From the NCBI GenBank assembly GCA_024654535.1, contig JANLHL010000038.1:41581-105580 (forward strand): a DNA stretch of 64,000 nucleotides. The letters are read 5' to 3'. The translations under genes and the position numbers were made by a program. This document shows positions 46,701 through 53,646 of this stretch, in pieces. The notes below the pieces were generated by a model, which worked only from the letters and a program-made list of their open reading frames with translations, made no database searches and was not told where the DNA came from. The stretch is from Candidatus Roizmanbacteria bacterium. GTDB taxonomy: Bacteria > Patescibacteriota > Microgenomatia > UBA1406. Every line of letters begins with the position of its first letter. Within the stretch, counting starts at the first letter, position 1.

Positions 46701-46873
46701 AACACCCAATAACCAAGTTCAAATATCTAATGTGTTTGTCGGAGGGATGAGTTATTTTACTTCTTTTTATTTTTTTTTGGTTTCTTTACCTCTTTTTTTC
46801 GAGCGTTATTTCCTTTTGCCATATAAGTAGAAAAATTTGTAATTATCTACAGAATAGCATATTCAGCAAATTT

Positions 46874-47614
46874 TTACCCTTGCATGACGCTGGTGATGAC
46901 GTACATGAGTATAATACCCAGTATGAATGGGACCGTTTGTTCCCATCGCTTGTCTATTTTAAAGGTGTGATGGAGGTCGGGTATAAGATCTGAGCAAGCT
47001 ATATAGATGAATACACCCGCTGTGAAGGCGAGTGCTATAGGTATAACTGATTCAAAGCTATGGAGGAAGTAGACGCCTAATACTGCACCAATAACCGCAG
47101 TGAGGGCTGAGAGAAAATTAAAAAAGAGTGCCTTTGTTTTACTCATACCTCCGTTAATAAGTACGCTCAGGTCTGCAATTTCTTGTGGGATTTCATGAGC
47201 TGCAATGGCGATGGTCGTCGCTATTCCTAAAGATGGGCTTGTTAAAAATGTTGCTGCAATAGCAATTCCGTCGAAAAAATTATGTATGCCGTCACCAAAA
47301 AGAATTAATAATGCGGTAGGTTTTAAATTGTGCGTGCTGTCGTGGTGGTGGAACCATACTATGAATTTTTCAAAAAAGAAAAAAGTCACAACCCCTATAA
47401 GGGCTGGCAAGAATATATCTTTACTATTGTTACTTTCTGCAAGTGCCTCGGGGAATATATCGAGAAATGCAGTTGCCAACATGACTCCGGCAGCAAAACT
47501 AACAAAGTAATCTGATACTTCACTACTAAAAGATTTTTTGCCAAATAAAAAAAACGCACCTGCAAACGAAATACAACTTACTATGAAGCTGGCAATAAGT
47601 ACGTTTTCAAGCAT
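46874..47614 (-). CDS. ZIP family divalent-metal (zinc) transporter
   Basis: HNFFDGIAIAA and AAHEIPQEIADL motifs. The start ATG at 47614 overlaps the Fur-family gene's stop by 8 nt. Confidence 0.85.
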   Translation of the reverse strand: MLENVLIASFIVSCISFAGAFFLFGKKSFSSEVSDYFVSFAAGVMLATAFLDIFPEALAESNNSKDIFLPALIGVVTFFFFEKFIVWFHHHDSTHNLKPTALLILFGDGIHNFFDGIAIAATFLTSPSLGIATTIAIAAHEIPQEIADLSVLINGGMSKTKALFFNFLSALTAVIGAVLGVYFLHSFESVIPIALAFTAGVFIYIACSDLIPDLHHTFKIDKRWEQTVPFILGIILMYVITSVMQG

Positions 47615-48023
47615 TGCAGCAGTTGTGGCAAATACCAAAAAATTCTAATGAATGGCCTGTAATACGATAATTAGTCTTTTTTGAAGCTTCTCGTTCTAAT
47701 TTTTTACCATCTTGAAGTTCCACGTCGGTAATCTTGCCGCACCGAGTACATAGTGCATGATGATGATGTTTATGTGTATTTAAAATTTCGTAACGATCTT
47801 TACCATCTCCAAAGTTTACAGCTTGTACAAGCTTCAATTTTACAAAGAGAGTGAGTGCTCTATAGACGGAAGCAAGATCTGTTTTGATGGTGCCTTGTGA
47901 GACAGTTTCATAGATTTCTTCAACCGATTGTGGATTCGTTGAAATGGCACAAAGCACCTGTGTACGTTGTGGGGTGATACGATATCCACCTTCTTTTAGT
48001 ATCTTTTTGTTATTTTCATCCAT
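47607..48023 (-). CDS. Fur family metalloregulator, probably Zur given the context
   Basis: RITPQRTQVL winged helix, HHHHALCTRCGKI and CHNC metal sites. Start set at the ATG at 48023 behind a well-formed promoter. Confidence 0.85.
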   Translation of the reverse strand: MDENNKKILKEGGYRITPQRTQVLCAISTNPQSVEEIYETVSQGTIKTDLASVYRALTLFVKLKLVQAVNFGDGKDRYEILNTHKHHHHALCTRCGKITDVELQDGKKLEREASKKTNYRITGHSLEFFGICHNCCNA

Positions 48024-48028
48024 ATCTC

Positions 48029-48057
48029 TATTATTGCAAATAATTCGCAATTGTCAA
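48029..48057 (-). promoter_or_regulatory. Promoter of the Fur-family/ZIP operon, with a 19-nt palindromic operator filling the spacer
   Basis: Minus strand reads TTGACA (48052-48057), 17-nt spacer, ATAATA (48029-34), 5 nt, ATG. The spacer contains ATTGC-N9-GCAAT (48033-48051). Confidence 0.6.
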
Positions 48058-48097
48058 TAGCGGTGCGTATCGAGGTGCAAGTTGCTATACTTTATTT

Positions 48098-49210
48098 ATG
48101 AAATTGCATCCATTTAAACTCGAGCGGTATTTTGCAAAATATGAATTTTCAGCGAAATATTTACTATGTTCTTCGGATTGCGATGGGCTTCTGATGAGTG
48201 ATCTTATCGGAATGGAAGATGCAGAGACACGAAAAATGTGGAATATGCTCGCGTTGGGGTATACGGAGTCGTTAGGGTATCCGGCACTTCGCGAAGAAAT
48301 TGCACATTTATATAGTGGAATATCAGTTGAAAATATACTTGAAGTAGTACCAGAAGAGGGAATATTTTTGGCATTACACGCGATTCTTGAAAAAGACGAT
48401 CATGTAATCTGTATGTTTCCAGGTTATCAGTCACTTTACGAAGTTGCACATGGCTTGGGTGCGACGGTAACAAAGTGGTATCCAGATGAATCAAAAGAAT
48501 GGCAGTTTGACATGGAGTTTCTTAAGAAAAACTGCACGAATAAGACAAAGCTTTTGATTATTAATTTTCCTCATAATCCTACAGGCTATCTCGCCTCAAA
48601 AAATGAGTTTGAAGAAATTATTACATTTGCGAAAGAGCACAATCTGTATATTTTGTCAGATGAAATGTATAGGTTTTTAGAATATGACGCACACAACAGG
48701 TTACCTTCTGCTTGTGAAGTATATGAAAAAGCTGTGAGTTTATTTGGTATGTCTAAGACATTTGGTATGGCAGGTGTTCGTACTGGATGGGTAATTACTA
48801 AAGATACCGAGTTGTATAAAACAATGGCAACGTTTAAAGATTACACAACTATTTGTTCAAGCGCACCGAGTGAAATTTTATCTCTAATAGCACTTCGCAA
48901 TAGAAAAACGATAATATCTCGACATCTAAAACGCATACAAAGAAATCTTTTATTACTCGATATTTTTTTTGAAAAATACAAAGACCTTTTTTCATGGGTA
49001 CGACCAAAAGCAGGCACGATAGCTTTCCCCGTATTGAAAAATGGAAAAAGTGCGGCAGAATTTTGTGATGAGGTTGTAAGAAATACAAGCATATTGTTGT
49101 TACCTAGCAATATATACGACTACGACGACAAACATTTTAGGATAGGTTTTGGTCGTGAAAACATGCCTGAAGTGCTTGAAAAATTAGATATGTATTTACA
49201 AAAAATATGA
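48098..49210 (+). CDS. Class I/II PLP-dependent aminotransferase
   Basis: NFPHNPTG, the PLP lysine in FGMSKTFGMAGVRTGW, and 370 aa in length. Confidence 0.85.
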   Translation: MKLHPFKLERYFAKYEFSAKYLLCSSDCDGLLMSDLIGMEDAETRKMWNMLALGYTESLGYPALREEIAHLYSGISVENILEVVPEEGIFLALHAILEKDDHVICMFPGYQSLYEVAHGLGATVTKWYPDESKEWQFDMEFLKKNCTNKTKLLIINFPHNPTGYLASKNEFEEIITFAKEHNLYILSDEMYRFLEYDAHNRLPSACEVYEKAVSLFGMSKTFGMAGVRTGWVITKDTELYKTMATFKDYTTICSSAPSEILSLIALRNRKTIISRHLKRIQRNLLLLDIFFEKYKDLFSWVRPKAGTIAFPVLKNGKSAAEFCDEVVRNTSILLLPSNIYDYDDKHFRIGFGRENMPEVLEKLDMYLQKI

Positions 49211-50190
49211 AAAAACTATACCCAGCAAAGCTACAAAAAGGTGACATGGTACGAGTAATTGCACCCTCTCGCACAGTAGCAATAATTACTCCTAATAGTC
49301 GCGCTATAGCTAACAAGCGATTTGAAGACATGGGTTTGCATCTCACATTTGGGAAGCATATTGAAGAAAAAGACGATTTTTTTTCCTCTTCTATTGCTTC
49401 TCGTATTGATGATTTGCACAGTGCATTTGCCGACCCGCAGGTAAAGGCAATCTTTACCGTTATCGGTGGATTTAACAGCAATCAACTATTTCGCTCCATA
49501 GATTGGGAACTTTTACAAAAGAACCCAAAAATTTTATGCGGATTTTCAGATATTACCGCACTTAACAATGCTGTTTTTGCAAAGACAGGATTAGTAACGT
49601 ATTCAGGCCCACACTATTCAACTTTTGGTCAGAAGCTGCACATGGATTACACAATCGATTATTTTATAAAGTGCTTCTTTAGTACTGAACCAATTCAGGT
49701 AGAGCCAAGCACGCAGTGGAGCGATGATGATTGGTGGATGAATCAAGATAGGCGGAAACTCATTAAAAACAATGGATACGAATGTATTCATGAAGGAGCG
49801 GCAGAGGGTACGATTTTGGGTGCTAATCTTTGTACATTTAATTTATTGCAAGGTACCGAATATATGCCGAGTTTAAAGAACAGTATTTTATTTATAGAAG
49901 ACGATTATGAAAGTGTACCCCATACGTTTGATCGTGATTTGCAGTCGCTTATACATGTTCCCGGTTTTTCAGGTGTGCGTGGTATTGTCATAGGTCGTTT
50001 TCAGAAAGCAAGCAACATGACCAATAATTTGCTACAACAGATAATTAATTCTAAAAAGGAGCTTAGAGATATCCCTGTCATTGCACAAGCAGATTTTGGT
50101 CACACTGATCCAAAATTCACTTTTCCAGTAGGTGGCTACGCAAAAATACTAGCTGGGGAACACTTAAGGATTGAAATAACGGAACATTAG
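49207..50190 (+). CDS. LD-carboxypeptidase (peptidase S66, LdcA/MccF-like)
   Basis: Ser nucleophile in CGFSDITAL. C-terminal ADFGHT. Confidence 0.8.
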   Translation: MKKLYPAKLQKGDMVRVIAPSRTVAIITPNSRAIANKRFEDMGLHLTFGKHIEEKDDFFSSSIASRIDDLHSAFADPQVKAIFTVIGGFNSNQLFRSIDWELLQKNPKILCGFSDITALNNAVFAKTGLVTYSGPHYSTFGQKLHMDYTIDYFIKCFFSTEPIQVEPSTQWSDDDWWMNQDRRKLIKNNGYECIHEGAAEGTILGANLCTFNLLQGTEYMPSLKNSILFIEDDYESVPHTFDRDLQSLIHVPGFSGVRGIVIGRFQKASNMTNNLLQQIINSKKELRDIPVIAQADFGHTDPKFTFPVGGYAKILAGEHLRIEITEH

Positions 50191-50465
50191 CGACGAGGAT
50201 TTTTTCTATTCATTTCAGCAATTTTTTGTCTGAGTAGATACACTGCCTGTTCTTCTTGAGTTTGTATAGATTGTTGGTGATTTCTCGTTTGAATAAGACC
50301 ATGTTGAACTTGGGCCGAAAGAATTTCCTGGAGAGTTTGAGGATCAGGGTGGTCGCCACAATTAGTTTCTGTAACAGTAGGTGCTTGAGGTGTCACACCT
50401 TGTTTCCATGCTTGATAAGCAAATCTGCTATTTTCGGTTGTTATATGTCTATTGTAATCCTCCAT
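50187..50465 (-). CDS. Hypothetical protein (92 aa)
   Basis: An ORF only. There is a plausible -10 (TAGTAT) 12 nt upstream, and the sequence is Gln-rich. Confidence 0.35.
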   Translation of the reverse strand: MEDYNRHITTENSRFAYQAWKQGVTPQAPTVTETNCGDHPDPQTLQEILSAQVQHGLIQTRNHQQSIQTQEEQAVYLLRQKIAEMNRKNPRR

Positions 50466-50525
50466 TCATGCATTGCAATACTATTTTGTTGGACATACAA
50501 AAAAATACGGTATAGTACTTATTCT

Positions 50526-50963
50526 ATGAATAAAAGTATTTTGATTTCTGGTATTGCGGTGCTTGTGTTGGTAGGTATGTACATTTTTTTGAGACCGTCT
50601 AAAAAGGCAGAGGTGGAAAAAGGAGGTATATCACCGACAAAAACTATGAGTGCAACAACTACCCCATCGGCGAGTGAAAGTGGTACTATGATGGAAACAA
50701 ACGTGAAAAAAACGTTTACTATTGCAGAGGTTAAAAAACACAGTACTACAGAAGACTGTTATCTTGCAATAGAGGGGAAAATATACGATGTGACCAAATT
50801 TATAGAATCAAATAAACACCCAGGAGGTGAAGCGATAGTACAGGGATGTGGTACAGACGCAACAAAACTCTTTAACACTCGGCCTATGGGCTCAGGTACG
50901 CCACATTCAGACAAAGCACGAGATTTTTTGCCAAGCTTCTACATCGGGGATTTAGCGAAATAA
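50526..50963 (+). CDS. Membrane-anchored cytochrome b5-like heme-binding domain protein
   Basis: N-terminal TM (ILISGIAVLVLVGMYIF), then FTIAEVKKHSTTEDCYLAIEGKIYDVTKFIESNKHPGGEAIV...GTDAT (HPGG heme-ligand motif). Confidence 0.75.
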   Translation: MNKSILISGIAVLVLVGMYIFLRPSKKAEVEKGGISPTKTMSATTTPSASESGTMMETNVKKTFTIAEVKKHSTTEDCYLAIEGKIYDVTKFIESNKHPGGEAIVQGCGTDATKLFNTRPMGSGTPHSDKARDFLPSFYIGDLAK

Positions 50964-50968
50964 AGAAT

Positions 50969-51520
50969 CTATAAAAATCGAGGAGTTTGTTTTTTGTATG
51001 TTTCGTATTCTTTTCCAAAATGTTTTTCCAATAATATTTCCTCGCGTTTTACCGCGTTGTTAAAGTACCAGTACACAGCATAGACGGTGAAAAAGAGCAT
51101 GCTCCGCAAAGAGAATGCAAAACCAACACTCATCATAATCAAACCAACATAAATAGGATTTCTAGTAAAGCGAAATGGACCATTTGTAATAAGTTTATTT
51201 TGTCTTTTAATATCAAGCTGAGCAGGTACTCCCCATACGCGCTTCATGGTAAATTTTGCCCACACGGCAAGTGTAAGTCCTGCAATAAAACCAATGAGCC
51301 CAATAGCAACAACAAGATCATTAAAAATTCCAGCATATACAGGTAAATATATATGACCAATCACTTGAAGTAAGCTGTGACTTATTTGAATAAGAAATGT
51401 TTTTTGACCACCGAAACCTGAATAATGACGCAATCTTTCGTGTACGGGTCGAGGATCTGTCCTGAACCATATTGTTCCCAAAGTGATAAAGCCAAGTGCA
51501 AGTATAGTATATACAACCAT
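50969..51520 (-). CDS. Isoprenylcysteine carboxyl methyltransferase (ICMT)/PEMT-family membrane methyltransferase
   Basis: LITNGPFRFTRNPIYVGLIMMSVGFAF and C-terminal REEILLEKHFGKEYETYKK. Confidence 0.75.
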   Translation of the reverse strand: MVVYTILALGFITLGTIWFRTDPRPVHERLRHYSGFGGQKTFLIQISHSLLQVIGHIYLPVYAGIFNDLVVAIGLIGFIAGLTLAVWAKFTMKRVWGVPAQLDIKRQNKLITNGPFRFTRNPIYVGLIMMSVGFAFSLRSMLFFTVYAVYWYFNNAVKREEILLEKHFGKEYETYKKQTPRFL

Positions 51521-51585
51521 GAACCTAAGTATAACAAGACTATTTCATTTTTTTTCAAAAATCATAAGTATGATAGTATCTAAGT

Positions 51586-52071
51586 ATGAAAAAACGGAAT
51601 ATTTTAGTAACGCTTGAATGTTTTGTACATAAGAACGGTAAATACCTGATGCTGCATAGAAACACAGATAAACGCATCATGCCCGGTGTATGGATGGCGC
51701 CAGGTGGCAAGCGCGAGTTTAATGAAGGTTTATTTGAAGCAACACGAAGAGAGATATTTGAAGAAACGGGACTTACTATAAAAAATTTGCGAGTAAAAGT
51801 TGCAGCAAATGCATATATGAAAGATATCGATCAAGAGGTATTTTTCCATTTTGTATTTGCGGACTATGCTGGTGGAACCGTAAAAAAAAGCCCTGAAGAT
51901 GGAGAACTAAAATGGCTAACTCCTCAAGAAATAGGCAAGCTAGATAATCTTATAGCTGAAATAAGAAACATTCTTCCTCAACTATTTACGAGCACAGGGA
52001 TACTATCGTATACAGCGGTGTATGAAAAAGGAAATATACTTACTTCGTTTCACTTAGAAGACTCAAAATAA
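51586..52071 (+). CDS. NUDIX hydrolase
   Basis: Nudix box GGKREFNEGLFEATRREIFEETGL. Confidence 0.85.
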   Translation: MKKRNILVTLECFVHKNGKYLMLHRNTDKRIMPGVWMAPGGKREFNEGLFEATRREIFEETGLTIKNLRVKVAANAYMKDIDQEVFFHFVFADYAGGTVKKSPEDGELKWLTPQEIGKLDNLIAEIRNILPQLFTSTGILSYTAVYEKGNILTSFHLEDSK

Positions 52072-52094
52072 TTAGTCACAGATTTTAAAAATAG

Positions 52095-52538
52095 CTATTC
52101 GAATATTATTTTATCTAGATCACCATTCAGAAATATAGGTAAAATACCCATAATTTCCTCAAAATTTGGTGCAGATTCAGGTACTGAGTTTAAAATATAA
52201 ATAGGTTTTTTTAAGTGAAACGCAAGCCCCATTTCCATAAGGGTATTACCACCAATATAGCCTTTAATATCGTGTTTTATATTATTGACGACCAGTATTG
52301 CATCTCCTTCAACAATTTTGTCGAAATGGTGCTGAATAAGAAGCGCCTTTTTTGGAAAATCTTGTTTTGAGGTTTGCCACGTTTTATAGTGAGAAACATC
52401 AAAGTCATTCGCGGCGTGCATTTTTTGTGCTGTTTCAGGCAAAAGAATAGTGAAACCTTTTTTTTCAAGTTGTACAGAGATAGCTATACATTCTCTAAAA
52501 AAAGCTGCACTTGAACAAATAGTTATGATTTTTTCCAT
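52095..52538 (-). CDS. Nucleoside 2-deoxyribosyltransferase-like protein (tentative)
   Basis: ITICSSAAF...GDAILVVNN...GYIGGNTLMEMGLAFHLKKPIYIL resembles that fold family. Start taken at the ATG at 52538. Confidence 0.4.
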   Translation of the reverse strand: MEKIITICSSAAFFRECIAISVQLEKKGFTILLPETAQKMHAANDFDVSHYKTWQTSKQDFPKKALLIQHHFDKIVEGDAILVVNNIKHDIKGYIGGNTLMEMGLAFHLKKPIYILNSVPESAPNFEEIMGILPIFLNGDLDKIIFE

Positions 52539-52612
52539 TAGTTTATGCAATACTACTACAAAAAAAGCACGCAGACAAGATTTTTTCTCGCCAATCGTAT
52601 AGAATAGGGCAG

Positions 52613-53638
52613 ATGGTAGACGTATCTTTAATTGTAATTGTGCTGTTGGTTTTAGTGATCGTAATTGGTGTGATTCTTTACTTTAGGCGTTCTGGTCAGT
52701 CAAATTCTCCTGAAATGCTTGAGTATCTCAAGCAAACCATGCAGACAGTGCACGAAACGAATAGACGATACGATGAACTTACCCATATGGTATCGAAGCA
52801 GCTTGCAGATCAGAGCACGGGCTTTTTTTCGACGCTTCAAAAAAATTCTGCCGACATGAACCAGCGGTTAGATAAAGCAGCAGAAGTTATAGGAGCAGTA
52901 CAAAAAAATATTGGAGAACTTTCAGAAGTTGGCAGAAGTATAAAAGATCTCCAAGACTATTTGCGCAGCCCAAAACTACGTGGCAACATAGGAGAGCATA
53001 TTTTAGTTGAAGCGCTGCGCCAGCTTTTGCCTCGTGAGTTGTACGAAATACAGTATGCGTTTCCTTCGGGCGAGACGGTCGACGCAATTATCAAAATTGG
53101 AGATATGTATATTCCCATCGATTCGAAGTTCCCAATGGAAAATTTTACCAAAATGAATAAAACGCACGCTGAAGAGAAAAAACAAGCACAAAAACAGTTC
53201 TTTATAGATGTGCGTAAACACATAGCAGACATTGCCAGAAAATACATATCTGCAAATGCAAAAACGGTAAATTATGCACTCATGTATGTTCCTTCGGAAT
53301 CAATATATTATGAAATCATTCAACATGACGATATATTTAACCTGAGCCGCGACAAATCGGTACTTTTGGTGTCGCCTATGAGTTTCAATGCTTTTTTACG
53401 AGCAGTACTTATGTCTTTACAGGGTATCCGTGTTCAAAAGAAAGCTCGTGAAATCTTATCTATTCTTGAGTCGACGAGAAAAGAGTATGAGAAAATAGAT
53501 GAGGCACTTGGCGTACTTGAAAAACATTTCGGAAATGCGTACAACCAGCTGCAAAATGTTAACAAGTTTTTTATGCGTTTGGGAACCAAATTAGAACAAA
53601 CGAAACATGTGGAATTACCAGTGCCAGAGGAAGAGTAA
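52613..53638 (+). CDS. rmuC: DNA recombination protein RmuC
   Basis: N-terminal TM and coiled coil, then RGNIGEHILVEAL...DAIIKIG...IPIDSKFP...MYVPSE. Confidence 0.85.
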   Translation: MVDVSLIVIVLLVLVIVIGVILYFRRSGQSNSPEMLEYLKQTMQTVHETNRRYDELTHMVSKQLADQSTGFFSTLQKNSADMNQRLDKAAEVIGAVQKNIGELSEVGRSIKDLQDYLRSPKLRGNIGEHILVEALRQLLPRELYEIQYAFPSGETVDAIIKIGDMYIPIDSKFPMENFTKMNKTHAEEKKQAQKQFFIDVRKHIADIARKYISANAKTVNYALMYVPSESIYYEIIQHDDIFNLSRDKSVLLVSPMSFNAFLRAVLMSLQGIRVQKKAREILSILESTRKEYEKIDEALGVLEKHFGNAYNQLQNVNKFFMRLGTKLEQTKHVELPVPEEE

Positions 53639-53646
53639 GAAAATTT

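Noticed and set aside
46648-46830. 60-aa ORF
   Set aside because: It starts inside tRNA-Lys and continues through a pyrimidine-rich low-complexity tract. It has no start context and is judged spurious.
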